The position numbers and the translations under genes were made by a program. This document shows positions 32,761 to 46,203 of a stretch of DNA of 55,120 nt, in pieces; position 1 is the first letter of the stretch, and the number at the start of each line of letters is the position of its first letter. The notes beneath the pieces were generated by a model that saw nothing but the letters and a program-made list of their open reading frames with translations, was not told the origin of the DNA and made no database searches. Origin of the DNA: Octopus sinensis (lineage: Eukaryota); the NCBI RefSeq assembly GCF_006345805.1, contig NW_021833792.1, positions 1 to 55,120 on the forward strand. Reading direction: 5' to 3'.

Positions 32761-35700
32761 ATGGCAAAGCCAAAAACATGTCAGAAAGCAAAAGCTCTTG
32801 AATTTACAGAAAAATTCTCAAAAGAATTTGTATTGTCTCACAATAACCAGTGATACTGCAGACTGTGCCTTGTTAACTACCTTAAAAAGACTAGTAAAAC
32901 TGAACAGTCACCTTTCAAATCATTGGAATTTACTGAAAATGATAAACCTTGGTGACTTAAATGTTTCTCGAAGCTGGCATTCCTTTGCACAAGCTCACTA
33001 ATCCAAGTTTGAGAAGTTTCTTTGATTCTATCAACACATCATTACAATCTCAATCTACATGCCGAAAATATGTTGATCTGCTTAATGCAAACAGCTGAAA
33101 ATTGCAAGAGCTGCTTGGCTGATCAAAATGTAATTCTAAATTGTTGATGAAAGTGAGACTGATGACAAAAAAATTCATAATGTACTTATTTGTTCAGTTA
33201 AAAATCCTTAATAAACATCATTATCATTTAATGTTTGTTGTCCATGCTGCCATAGTTTGGATGGTTTGACTGGACTGGCATGCTGGAAGTATAATTTGGC
33301 ATGGTTTTCTAGGGCTGGGTGTTCTTCCTAATGCCACCCACTCCAAGAGTGTAATGGGTGCTTTTACATGAAACCAGTATGGGTATCATTTGCATGACAC
33401 TGGGGTACGTTTAATGCCAATTTGCATGACACTGGTATTTCCATGACTGTGATTTTGCTCAGCTTGATGGGTCTTCTTCTGAAGCACGACATAATGTCAA
33501 AGTCTCAGTCATTGCCTCCATGAGGTCTAACACTCAAAAGGAACTCAGCCACTTTACCACTGTGAGGCCCAACATTCAAAAGATGTTCTTTACATGCCAC
33601 CAGCACGGGTGCACTTGTCTTGATGGGTTTTCTCAAGCACAACATATTACCAAAGATTTCAGTCACCAGTCATTGCCTCTGTAAGGCTCAAAGTTTGAAG
33701 ATCATGCTTCACCTCCTCATCCCATATCTTCCTGGGTCTACTTCTACTATAGGCTTCCTCCACAGTTAGAGATCGGCACTTCTTTACACAGCTGTCCTCA
33801 TCCATATGCATCACATGACCATACCAGTGCAGTCATCTCTTTTGCACACTACATCTGATTCCTCTTATGCCTAACTTTTACACTCTGTCAAACATACACA
33901 CTGACATTGCACATCCAGTGAAGCATACTGGCTTCATTTCTTTCAAGCCTATGCATGTCCTCAGCTGTCACAGCCCATGTTTCACTGCCATGCAGTGTAG
34001 CTGTTCACACAAAGGCATCAAATAATCTGCCTTTTACTCTAGAGAGAGGCCCTTTGTTGCCAGCAGGGGTAGGAGCTCTCTGAACTTTGCCCAGCCTAAT
34101 CTTATTCTCACACAGATATGCTCTCGGAGCGTCCACCTCCACTACTACCTTGCACACCTAAATAATGGAAGCTATCTACTGCCTCTAACTTGCCCCACTG
34201 GCAGTTGATGGAGTTTATTTTCTGTGCATTTTCAGCGTTTATTGTGCCTGTACACCTTCCACATACAAAAGTTAGTTTTTCTGTTAACCTTCCTCTGATG
34301 TTGCTGAGTCCAAAGTTTACCCCGGGAGCATCTTATGGAGTTTCTGCCTACACCTTTTCTATAGATTGAGCAGGGGTGTCTACCTGAAGGGATTTGTGAT
34401 TTGTCAGCCTTCCTACTTACTATAACTTTGGCGTTTGCTAGGTTAACTCTAAGGCCCTTTGATTCTAGACCTTGCTTCCATACCTGGAACTTCTTTAGTT
34501 CAGGTAGTAATTCAGCTACAAGAGCAAGGTCATCAGCATAGAGGAGCTCCCAGGGGCAGCCTGTATTAAATTCCTCAGTTATTACCTGGAGGACTAGTGA
34601 TGAACAAGAGGGGGCTTAGCAACAATCCTTGGTAAACCCCTATTTGTACCCTAAATTCTTTGCTGTACTCATTGCCCACCTTTGCCTTACTGGCAGCATC
34701 CCAGTACAAAGCTTGTACAGCTCTCACCAACCACCCATCTATTCCTAATTCCTTTACCCTCTCATCAAATTTCTCAATTAGGATGTTCCTAAATCTCTGA
34801 CCATATGAAAGGTCCTTTAGCTTCTAAATTCTTCTTTTCCAGATTGATTTGGTTTGTGGAATCCTTCTGGTCTGGAGTCTAAAGTCACTAATGAATAGTA
34901 ATGCTGGGGGTACATTCTTCACCAGGGAAAGTCTTTGTATTTAGGAGTAATCATGCATCCCAATGTCTGGTAGGTTATCAGGTGACTGGCTGGCTTCCTG
35001 AAGTTGGCTTCCTGAAGCAGATCAAAAGGTTATTTCCATCACAGAACTCCAATAGCCTTCTTCCTTCTACGTTTCGGAAACCAATTCCATGGATCCCATG
35101 AACACTATGGAAGATATCAGGCTGCTGTCTGACATGCCCATTGAAATCCCCAGCCACAAAGATGAGATCATTGTCACTCGTCTTTGAGGAAGCCTGCAGA
35201 AGAATATTATAAAAGTGGTCCTTCTGTTCATTTGGTAGGCCTGCTTGTGGGGCGTAGGCAGATATAATTGTAGCTATACTATTCTGCAAGAGTAGTCTGA
35301 GATTAAGTACTCTATTGCACACTCTGACCATCTCCATGACCTTATCCATTCATTTCTCTGCATGAAGTATGCTCACACCACCTATTCCATCACTGTTACC
35401 TTCCTAGAAGATTTTATACCTATGTGTCTTGCCTGTGAGGAACCTTGCTGAAGCTCCTCTCCACCTTACCTCTTGGCTCTGTTTAAGCATCTCAACAATC
35501 TAGTTAGACCTACATTTCAATGTGTCTATATTTACTCCTATTTTGGATGAAAGTAAGGTAACCATTGTGAATATAAGCATTACAGCAACTGCAAATATAG
35601 ATATAAATATGCCAAAAGAGGAACATAGTTTGGAAGAAGGGAGAGAGGTATGTAAGTCTTCTGGTGCAGAAGTGAGGCAAAGCTCTGTGGAAGTTTTTGG

Positions 35701-36650
35701 TATAAGGGAAGAGATTACTGGTATAAGAGAAGAGATTACCGGTATAAGAGAATGGATTTCTGGTACGAGAGAAGGGATTTCCAGTATTGGTGGTGGGGCT
35801 AGGAAAAGGTCAGCATATCGCAAACAAGAAATGGAAGAAAAGGTTAGCTTCACCAAAAGAAAATCAATTATAGCAGCAAAGGATAATAGTGAAGCAAAGA
35901 ACGATAGAAACACATGAGAATTATGTCAAGTGTTTAAAGGGATATAATTCTAGAAGTTATTTGAGGAAGTAACAAATTACAGGTTACAAAGTTATTTTAA
36001 CTCAAGAACATGTTAAATGAAGGAAAAGAATGATGAACAATTAAAATCTAGAGAAGTTTCATGTCATGATATGATGGTGTCAAATAGCAGGGCAAGATGA
36101 GAAGGTTTGAGAGAAACCATGTGCGAAGGGATTCTTTATATAATCTACAGCTGGAAGTAGTCAAATAAGTGGCTTGGCTTTGCCCCAAGAAAATTGAAAT
36201 AGCAGCAAAGGGCAATAGTGAAGCAAAGAATGATAGAAACACGTGAGAATTATGTCAAGTATTTAAAGGGATACAATCCTAGAAGTTAGAGAAAGTAACA
36301 AATTACGCCACCCAGATCAGCTCTAACTGTGGCAGTCATCACTCAGATCATCAATGATTAGCAAAGAGTTTGGCAGTTCCAAGAGAAAATTTTCTCCTAC
36401 TATTGTATAATGCTGCTCAATATATGGTAGCTGCTGGAAAAACATTGCAAGTTATGTACCCTAAGCTCTTCCATGTAACCTGCTTCTCCCACCTACTGCA
36501 CAACAGTGCTCTAAAAATAAAAGCCTTCTATCCTGCTGTTGATTGTCTGATTGCCACCATCAAGACTGCAACTGTAAAAAACAATGTTGAGAGCAATACA
36601 AAACTATTAAATACCCACCTCAGCCAATCGTGACCAGGTGGAATAGCTGA
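32761..36650 (+). mobile_element. hAT (CGGBP/DUF659-like) transposase remnant in two pieces (32761-33215 and about 36320-36650) split by an RTE
   Basis: N-terminal piece MAKPK...YCRLC and IVDESET; C-terminal piece LLLLYNAAQYMVAAGKTLQVMYPKLFHVTCFSHLLH (DAAxYM...CxxH motif), then PIVTRWNS. Confidence 0.75.
33216..35545 (-). mobile_element. RTE LINE with internal deletion, APE N-terminus to (GAT)n tail
   Basis: VNIDTLKCRS, QEVRWRGASAR, IISAYAPQ, AGDFNGHV, GCPWELLYADDL; tail at 33216-33400. Confidence 0.9.
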
Positions 36651-36654
36651 TTGG

Positions 36655-38660
36655 ATATTCTACAGCATGAAGACCAGTGGATTGAAGTATTTTGGTTTGC
36701 AAGACAGTGTGTCATGTAAAATCGTGATGTTGTTGGAGAGAAGTGTGTTCACATAGATGCTAGTTCACTTGTAGCTTGTGATTCTGCAGAAAAATAGGCT
36801 TCGAAGTACCACTATGAAAGGCTGCTAAATGTAGAGAATGCATGGGAGAAGGAGAGTCTGCCTAATGTGGATTCAACAGAAAGACCAGCAATCTGAGTAG
36901 ACAGTAGCTTGGTAAATAAAGCCCCTGGCCATCATGAATCACCCCTGAGATGCTCAAAATATCTAACAGTGTGGGTTATAGTCTAGTCACCTGAATAGTT
37001 AATCAGGCTGTACATGAAGGAGTCATCCCCAATGACTAGTGTAGCACTATAGTCAACTGCTGCAAAGGTAAAGGTGGCACCTTAGACAGAAATAATTTCA
37101 TAGGTATCAAATTGTTGGACTAGGTAACAAAAGTTACAATAAGCTAATTAGGAAGGGAGTTAGTCTAGATGAGATATGGCTTGGTTTTGTGCCAGGGAGA
37201 AGCACCACTGATGCTACATTCCTGGTAAGACAGCTGCAGGAGAATTACTTAACCAAAAATAAACCACTGTAGTTGGCTTTTGTTGACATGGAGAAAGCCT
37301 TTGATAGGGTCTCCCGGTCCCTTATCTTGTGGGTAATACAAAAACTAGGGATAGATGAGTGGTTAATGAGAGCTGTACATGTATAGTAATGAATTTAGTG
37401 GACAGGTAGTTCACCAAGGATCAGGTCTCAGCCTCATCTTATCCATCATTGTCCTCCAGGCAATAACAGAGGAATTTAAGACAGGTTGCCCCTGGGAGCT
37501 CCTCCATGCTGATGACCTTGTTCTTATAGCTGAATCTCTACCAGAACTAGAAAAGAAATTTCAAGTGTAGAAGCAAGGTCTGGAATTAGAGGGCCTTAGA
37601 GTTAATTTGGCAAAGACCAAAGTTTTAGTAAGTAGGAAAACAGATGAATCACAAAGTCCTTCAGGGAGATGGCCTTGCTCGATATGTAGAAAAGGCATAG
37701 GTAGAAACTCCATAAATGCAAGCTATGGACACATAAGAAGTGCAGTAATATCAGAGGAGGGTTAAGGCGGCAAGCTGGCAGAAACGTCAGCACACCAGGT
37801 GAAATGCTTAGCAGTATTTCGTCTGTCTTTACATTCTGAGTTCAAATTCCGCCGAGGTCGACTTTGCCTTTCTTTTTGGGGTCGATAAATTAAGTACCAG
37901 TTGCATACTGGCGTCGATCTAATCGACTGGACCCCTCCCCACAAACTTTCAGGCCTTGTGCCTAGAGTAGAAAAGAATATCAGAGGAAGGTTAACAGAGA
38001 AAGTAATCTTTGTCTGTGACAGGTGTATAGTACAATAAACACTAGAAGTATACAGAAAATAGACTCCATCAAATGCTAGGGGAGATACTTAGCAGTAGTA
38101 GTTATCTAGGTGACCAAGTAAGCAGTGGGTATGGATGCTCTGAAAGTGTAGCTGCTAGAATAAGAATAGGCTGGGCAAAGTTCAGGGACCTTCTACCTTT
38201 GTTGGTAACCAAGGACCTCCCCTCAGAGTGAAAGGCAGATTGTATGGTGCCTGTGTGCAAACAACCATGCTACATGGCAGTGAAACATGGGCTGTGACTG
38301 TAGAGGACATGTGAAAGTTTGAAAGAAATGAAACTGCATGCTTCACTGGATGTGCAATGTTGGTGTGCATGTATGACAGAGTGTAAGCATCTTGAGAGAA
38401 AATTGGACATAAGAGACATCAGTTGCTGTGTGCAAGAGAGAAGATTATGCTGGTATGGTCATGTGATGCATCAGCTGTGTAAAGAAGTGCTGATTTCTGT
38501 GGAGGGAATCTGTGGAAGAGATAGACTCAGAAAGATGTGGGATGAGGTGATGAAGCATCTTGGGATGGTGATGACAAGTTATCAAGACCTTTGGTGATTT
38601 GCTGTGCTTGAGAAAATTTGTCAAGCCAAGTGAAATCATAGTAATGATCAGTGCCAGTAA
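36655..38660 (+). mobile_element. RTE LINE RT-to-3' fragment
   Basis: FVDMEKAFD, HQGSGLS, GCPWELLHADDL, VQERRLCWYGHV; many stops; interrupted by a SINE. Confidence 0.9.
37766..37975 (+). mobile_element. Full-length tRNA-derived SINE with 19-bp TSD
   Basis: A-box-like ggcaagctgg, B-box gagttcaaattcc; TSD aatatcagaggaRggttaa at 37747-37765 and 37976-37994. Confidence 0.9.
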
Positions 38661-38669
38661 CATGTACCT

Positions 38670-40610
38670 ATGGTAGACACATAGCAAAGAGATAATACTG
38701 ACATGGACACACAGCAAGGACATACTTCCTACATGAACATACAGCAAAGACATAATCTGAAAATGGACACAGTAAAAAGGTAATCCTGACACAAAAACAG
38801 CAAGGATGTAGTCCAAATATGGACATAATCCCAACATCCCAAAATGGACACACAGGAAGGAGATAAACCTGACATATAGACACAGCAAAGACAGAATCCT
38901 AACACAGACACAATCCCAAGATGGACATACAACAAAGGGAAATACGAATATAGACACACAGCAAGGACATAATCCCAACTGGAGAGACAGTAAGAGCATA
39001 ATTCAAACATGGATACACAATGAGGGCACAATCACATGGACACAGAGCAAATCCATAATCCTTGTACGAACACAACAAAGGATGTAAAATCAGTATGAAC
39101 ACACAGCAAAGACATAATCCCAACATAGGAAGACAACGAAGGCATAATCACATGGACAGATAAGGACATAATCCCAACATGAACACACAGCAAAGACACA
39201 ACCCCGACATGGGAAGACAACAAAGACATAATCCCAACAAGAACACACATCAAAGATATACGAGGGGCGTTCAATAAGTAATGCCCCTGACCCACTTGCA
39301 GTTGTTTGATCTAGCTGAAACTTTACATGTGCACTTATTTATACCTCTATAGATTAAGTGGCGAATTACAGCTCTGAACTAATTGTGGTTTCTGATTTAC
39401 AGGTGTTTGAACTGAGTCAAGTGTGAAATGGAGCCTGTTAAGTGTCGAGCAGTGATCTGGTTTTTGTATTTGAAAGGACGCACACCACGGGAGACTTTTG
39501 ATGAAATGAAAGTAACTTATGGTGATGATGCCCCATCATATGACCTTGTAAAACGCTGGCATTGTGAATTCAAACATAGTCGGAACTCTGTGGAAACAGC
39601 TCCCAGATCTGGTCGCCCCCTTCTGCCGTTGATGAGACGTCTGTCCGTCAAGTTGAGGCTGCCATTTTGGAAGGTCAACGCATAACTATTCGCCAAATAG
39701 CCCATGAGGTCAAGATTAGTACCGGGTCTGTGGAAACTATCATTCATGACCATTTGCATATGCAAAAGGTGTCTGCCAGATGGATTTCCAGGTTGCTCAC
39801 ACCTTTCCAGAAGCAAGAACGCGTTGAGTGCTCGAGGATGAATTTGGAGATGTGCCAAGAAGATGAGTCAAAATTTTTCAAAAGACTGATCACACAGGAT
39901 AAAACCTGGGTCCATCACTATGATCCAGAGACAAAAGCCCAGTCAATGCAGTGGAAGCACTGTGACTCACCTCCTCCAAAGAAGGCAAAGGTGCAGTCCT
40001 CCGCTGACAAGGTTATGCTCACAGTCTTCTGGGACCAGGACGGAGTAGTGATGACAGATTTCCTGGCAAAGGGTACCACAATTACAGGAGCCTATTATGC
40101 TTCACTTTTGATGAAATTAAGAGAAGCTATCAAAATCAAGAGGCAGGGCAAGATCAGCAAAGGCATCCTCCTCCTGCAGGACAACGCTCCGGTCCACAAC
40201 TCGCGTGTCGCCAGATCAGAAGCACAGGCGTGCAGCTATGAACTCCTCCCCTTGCACCCTCTGATTTTCACCTCTTCCCAGCCATGAAGTTGATTTTGAA
40301 AGGAAAGCGTTTCCCAGATGATGCAGCCTTGATTTCTGAAGTCACGTCGTGGTTGGAGGACCAAGCTGGGGTCTTCTACAAAAACGGTCTCCAGAGCTGT
40401 ATCAAACAATGGGAGAAATGCATAACTCTGGGTAGTTCCTATGTAGGAAAGCCTAATAACTGTGCCAAGTGTCGTTGCTCTACTGCTATGGGAAGTGGGT
40501 CAGGGGCATTACTTATTGAACGCCCCTCGTAATCCCAACAGGAACATACAAGGAAATAATACTCTTGAATATGGACACAGACCTAGGAAACAATGAACAA
40601 AGATGTAGAC
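38670..40610. repeat. Degenerate ~28-30-bp minisatellite (ggacataatcccaacatggacacacagcaa), interrupted by mariner
   Basis: About 20 units in 38670-39258, resuming in register at 40532. Confidence 0.85.
39261..40529 (+). mobile_element. Near full-length mariner (DD34D) with perfect 37-bp TIRs and TA TSD
   Basis: TIR cgaggggcgttcaataagtaatgcccctgacccactt; TA at 39259-60 and 40530-31; PRSGRP, ITQDKTWVHHYDPE, LQDNAPVH; frameshifts and deletion of HPPYSPD. Confidence 0.97.
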
Positions 40611-40721
40611 ATGTTTGAAATTCAATGTGTCTTCTAAGACATAGAAGGTATTTGTCCATGTTTCAGTTCTTCCAGTTATAAAGCATTGCAAGTGTGAAAG
40701 TAAAAGAGATAATTTACTTAC

Positions 40722-40848
40722 TTAAACAAATACTTAAATATTTCTGCTGTGATGAGTCTGGTTGATTCAAAGAACATATGAAAAGGTTCTCCTTTTTCTT
40801 TCAAGGAACCAGCAGCCATACCAAAGAAAAAACTGAATGTAATAAGTC
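40722..40848 (-). CDS. SLC1/EAAT-family transporter exon (TM4c-TM5), 127 nt
   Basis: ctatctttacag acceptor and GTAAGT donor, phase 1-2; GLITFSFFFGMAAGSLKEKGEPFHMFFESTRLITAEIFKYLFK splices in frame to ITPIG. Confidence 0.92.
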
Positions 40849-41063
40849 CTGTAAAGATAGAATGGTATTAAAATTACTTGTATTGATATGTCATCACCCC
40901 CATCATGAAAATCCTTTTACTAGCTTTATCAGGTTCTCAAAAACTAATTTCTTGAATTTATTCATGCCTGGAATAATATCTGTTAATTACTTTCTATGCT
41001 TTTTTTTACTTTTAACAATTAGAGCTCATAAGGGATAACAGATTTCTTTCTTCCCATGCCATT

Positions 41064-42790
41064 TTAACCCTTTTGATACCAGACTGTCTGAATAAGGCTG
41101 AGAATTTTGATACTGAATGACACCAAAACAACTGAAATAACCTAGCCATATTTAAATGAGAATTTCAGTGCAAATCTTGTTAGTACATTCATGAAAGCAA
41201 TGTGATTTCACTGCATAAATCATTTGTTTGGGTTACAGTATTCAACATTATTTTGTGTGATATCTAACCTCTGTGAATCGTTGGAGATTTTTTCCCCCAC
41301 ATTTTTTTTACACCATTGTTTGAATTTTATTAATACTGACGGAAAATAGATAACAATTTTATGCTGTCAACTAGTGAATCAGAATCTGAAGGATTTTCAA
41401 CTGAAGATATGGAACAATCAAACAAAATATGCAGCCAACATAAAAATTACATGGTATGTGAAAATGAATTGGATATTTCTATTTCTGAAAGTGAAAGCGA
41501 TTCAGATGATAACTTAAACAGTGACAAAGAAAATGAATTTGTACCTGACTGGAACAAAAGCTTGAAAACTGTTTCTCTTACAAATTTTTCTAAAGAGGCT
41601 GGACCTAGTCACAGTCTTCCCCAGGAGACAAGACCATGAGAGTATTTTTAAAAGTTTTTCCTCCTAGTTTGCTTGAAGCAATTACTGTGGAAATTAATAG
41701 CTATGCAGAATATAAACAACATGATAAAAAAGACTGTTTGGGGTTTTCAATGTGCTTAGATGAAATCCAAGCATTTTTTGCCATCAATAATATAATGGGA
41801 ATAAGGAAGCTACCCAGAATGACAAATTATTGGAGCAGTGATAAACCTTTTGGAGAACAATATGTTTCCAGTGTCATGACATGGACAAATTTTAAATACC
41901 TATACATAAGGGACACTAGCAGAATACCAGTACAAGGAAAGCCAAACCTTGATCTCTTATTTAAATGAAGACCCCTCATCAACTGTGTTCAAATCACTTA
42001 TAAAACATTCTATATACCTGTCTGCTGATGAGGGTATGGTGGAATACAAAGGTAGAGTACATTTCCGATAGTTATATGCCCAGAAAACCCACAAAATGGA
42101 GGATCAAAATTTGAAAGATTTGTGAAACCAATACTGGGTACAGCTGTAGATCCAGTTTCTATACAGAGAAAAGTGACAATAATGTAAGCCAGCATGGCCT
42201 AGAGAGCAATGTGGTCTGGAATTTATCTCTCCCATGCCATAATCAAGACCATATATTATGTTTTGATCTGTTTTTGGTCACAGTGGCAATAAATTTAGGA
42301 GCTGTGACAGCATACATATATCCTACAGTAGAAAAACTAAAGCTTACCAGAGGGATATCGCTCTGAATTCAGCCAATCTCCATAAATTAGAAAAAATCAA
42401 GGATCACTAAAGGCAGTGCTGTGAATGTCTTCATCAAAGAAAAAGAAAAGCTCCCAGTTGTTGAAATGAGTTTCCAATATGTATTCTGCAAGCTCGCTTT
42501 ATGTAGAGTGGGGTGCTTTACAAGTTGCCATCATAGAAATATTGTGTGATTTGTATACATATAATTTGATTTTATAAATACTTTTTCAAATTTACCTTGT
42601 CTTTATTTTTTATTTACCTATAATTTTAATTTATTGGTATCAATTTGTATTGTGAATCATATTACATATAATAAAATAAAATGTGTATCTCATTGGTTGT
42701 GCTAGGTAAAGAAGAGTAAAACAACAAACAGCATGGGAGTGAGTGACAGTCAGAGGTGGTAAAGCAGGCTAACAGCATTCAAAAGCTTTG
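41064..42790 (+). mobile_element. piggyBac transposon, decayed
   Basis: TTAA-CCCTTT 5' end; acidic N-terminus; EIQAFFAI..IMGIRKLP...YWSSD, DEGMVEYKGR, MPRKPTKW, C-terminal Cys-rich region; the 3' boundary is approximate. Confidence 0.85.
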
Positions 42791-43947
42791 ACAGTGATAT
42801 TTTAATCAAAATAAAACTGCAAATTTTTATCATAAATTGTATTTAGTTTAGCAGTTTGAGACACACACACACACATATATACAATATATATATATATATA
42901 TATATATGAAATTAAATACTAAACACTTTTATTTTCAAAATATTATCATACACATAACATAGACATAGATGTTATGTGAACAAAAATAAAAAATATATAT
43001 GTGTATATATATATATTAGCAATAATTATAACAATATAGAACATAGAGACTTATTCATCCTCAAATTTTATTTCCTCTTATTTCACATTATTTTACAGTT
43101 TTATACACCATATTTTTATGGTCTTTATGACCTACACATGTTTCCAAGATGTTAAATACTGATCGACACGGTTAGAATTTTGTCAGTTCTGTTGTGGACA
43201 ACAGGTGGTGGTCTCTACAATATTTCAATAAGTAAATAAGTACACTATTATAAGAACCCCACGTTTTTGTTTTTGGATAAATATTAACTAGCCCTATTTA
43301 CGATAACATAAGTGCTATTCTCTTTCTAGACATATATATATATATCTCAAAGGTAAGCAGAGTTAGCGATTATAGTAACCAACTAAGGGATAAGAATATT
43401 CATATTTACTATCAGTATCAGTTACCTGTGTTATCCCTGGGCATGGGTATGCAGGCACACTATGCTCGTAGGGTACAGGTAACAACAGAATAAACAAAAG
43501 TTTATCAGGAATTAAATTTAAATAATCAGAAATGGAGAAAACTTTTGGTCAACAAATAAATAAATTAGACCACATCTGTAGATTATTTTTTAATACAAAA
43601 CATGACATAACATCTCTATGACATAACATTCTTACAGCCATTTCCACTTCCAATGCCAGTTGGTGCTTACGAAAGAAATTCTGAAAATAATATTCATCAT
43701 CTCCATAGCACATTTGATCTAGTACATGGAGCTTTATCAGAGTGAATACAAGTGCATAAAATAAAATAAACGAAGAGAATAGGGAATAAGAAAGAACATG
43801 ACCCCAAGAAGAGGCCAGGAGGTTCAATATATTAAGATAATTCCATTTTCCAGTGTAGGCAAGAGTGATCTAGCAATGATCTAGGGAAATATTTATGGAT
43901 TATTTCTCTCTCTCTCTCTCTCTCTATACATATATATGTATACATAC

Positions 43948-46203
43948 ACTAGCAATGCACTTTGGCATTGCCCAGGTGTTATGACTTACAGCCACTTTGT
44001 TCCTTTCTTATGGGTAGAATCAGCACAGTTAATATATAGCGAATTGGATTACTGGCGTAATGGAAGTTATTGTTTGTTTAAAAGTGAAGGTGGGGAGGGT
44101 ACAATTTGCATGGGTTTGCATGAAAGTGCTTTCTGTTCTTAAGAAGGATAACAAAGGGGGCTAATACAATTTTGTCCAGAAATCACATTTTCAAAATTTT
44201 AATTTCATACCTGTTCCCACCGCAATTTCTTAATTTGTAACTTTCTTATGAATTTTTATTTTTATCCATGTAGAAAAATACAGAGATTACGAATCTGGGA
44301 AATATCTTTTTTTAAGTTTAATTTTTTTTAAAGAAACATTCAATACCCCTTTCCTCACCTCACTCACCCATCACCTACCAAACTTTCAAAAAGTTAAAAA
44401 CACTCAAGGTTTCACTTTCATCTGATGTTTCATGCATGCATAGAATTGTACTGAAATAGCAGATGTAGAAAAGACTAGAGCACCACCAGAAAAATTGACA
44501 TGCTAGAAACAACAGGTAAACGACATTATTTCTGAAGCTTCCCCACTTTCCAAAAAGCTAAAAGTGAAGCATTAGGAATTTGTAGCTTTTTGAAAGTTGT
44601 GAGGTTTGGGAAGGAGATTTTTAGTATTCCTTTAAGAAAACAGAAAGAAAATTCTTAAAGATTTGTACTCTCTGTTTTTTTCTCCACGGATTACCAAGAA
44701 AAAAAATTGAAAAAGCAAAAAATGAAGAAATTGGGGTGGAGAGGGAGAAAACAGAAATTGGGAGAAATTTAGGAAAAAAAATTAGGTGGAGGCGGGTGCA
44801 AATGTCACCTCAGACATGCTAGAAACAACAGGTAAAGGATAGGATTTCTGTGAGAACAGAACAGTTTATAACAAAAATCAGGTTTTTAAATACACTCATC
44901 ACAAACACAAATTACAGAATAGAAAAAGGTGATTTCAAGTGGATTTGAGCTGTAATTTTGTGAGTGCACATAGGAAGAATTAAACATAATCCATACAGAA
45001 GTTTTACCTAGAGTGTCTGTGTGTGTGCAAAAGGAAGTTATTTTATGGAATTCTTTCGTTTGAAGCAGTAAAGTTGTCAACTCAACCATATGGTCGATCA
45101 TATGATCGTTAGTTTCAGTAAAAAATGTTTTCTTTATGCTTTGAAGAGAGCAGAAATTGAAAAGGTGACATTTGCTTTGAAGTGAGAGGAGAAAGTGAAA
45201 GATGTATGTACGTGTATATGAAATGGACGTGTGTGTGTGTGTGTGCATGTGTGTACGTGAGTGAGAGAGAGAGTGAAGGTGTGTTGTCATGTATTTTTTT
45301 GCATGTATTTTCCTCTCTCTCACACACACACATTATCTTTCATATACACATACATAAATACATATACATACATCATTTTTGTATGTATGTGTGCATGTGA
45401 GAGAGAAAGTGAGTGACTGTATTTCATCATAACATATAGAGAAATGGATGTCTTTTAAGGTACACACTCATATAGAAAATATGATGTCGTCGTCATGATA
45501 GTTGAATTATAGAAAGACTATAATGTTAAATTTTTGTGATGTAAATACATAAATGAAAATAAATTTTATTTGTTAGCCGAAAGATTACCAAATCTTTTGA
45601 TACCCCATTTGTCAAAATCAGCAATTTGCTTCTCCAATGTATTCATTAATTTCTGTTAAAATATTTTATTTCTTTATACTTTGAAGAGAGCAGAAACTGA
45701 AAGAGAAGAGAAAGTGAAACCGCAACATTTGCTTTGAAGTATGTGGCACTCACTCTGTATCTCTTTCTCTGTCTCTCTCACACACACATCTTTCATATAC
45801 ACTTACATAAATAAATATGGATACATCTTTTTTGTATATATGTGTATGTGTGTGCATGAGAGAGAGAGAGAGAGAGAAAGACAGAGAAAGTGAGTGACTG
45901 TATTTCCTCATAACATATAGAGAAATGGATGTCTTTTAAGGTACACAATCATACAGAAAATGTGACGTTGTTGTCATTGTGGCATAAAATGTTTACAATA
46001 GTTGACTTATAGAATAGATTATAATGTGAAATTTTTGTAATGTAAATATGTAAATGAAATTAAAGCTTATTTGGTAGTCGTAAAATTACTGAATCTTTTG
46101 ATACCCCATACATCAAAATTGGCAACTCAGCTTTCGAATGCATAAGGAACACATGTGCACACACACACACACACACAAACTCTCTTTTATATATATGGAA
46201 GAT
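43948..46203 (+). mobile_element. Non-autonomous Helitron/Helentron-like element with internal duplication
   Basis: 5' ACTAGC end; 3' (CA)n then ttttatatatat..gat; tandem duplication about 45120-45650 / 45655-46145; diverged internal inverted repeat. Confidence 0.5.

Noticed and set aside
35500-35917. Overlapping 131-aa and 137-aa ORFs with 7-aa repeats
   Set aside because: Explained by the 21-bp tandem repeat upstream of the RTE ORF; not a host gene.
37766-37860. tRNA-like A and B boxes
   Set aside because: SINE head with TSD and no full cloverleaf; not a tRNA gene.
38670-39258. ~29-bp repeat array and Cys/Val-rich ORFs
   Set aside because: Degenerate minisatellite without spacers; the ORFs are low-complexity by-products.
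43549-43827. 92-aa minus-strand ORF
   Set aside because: No recognisable motif and no compatible splice sites linking it to the SLC1 frame.
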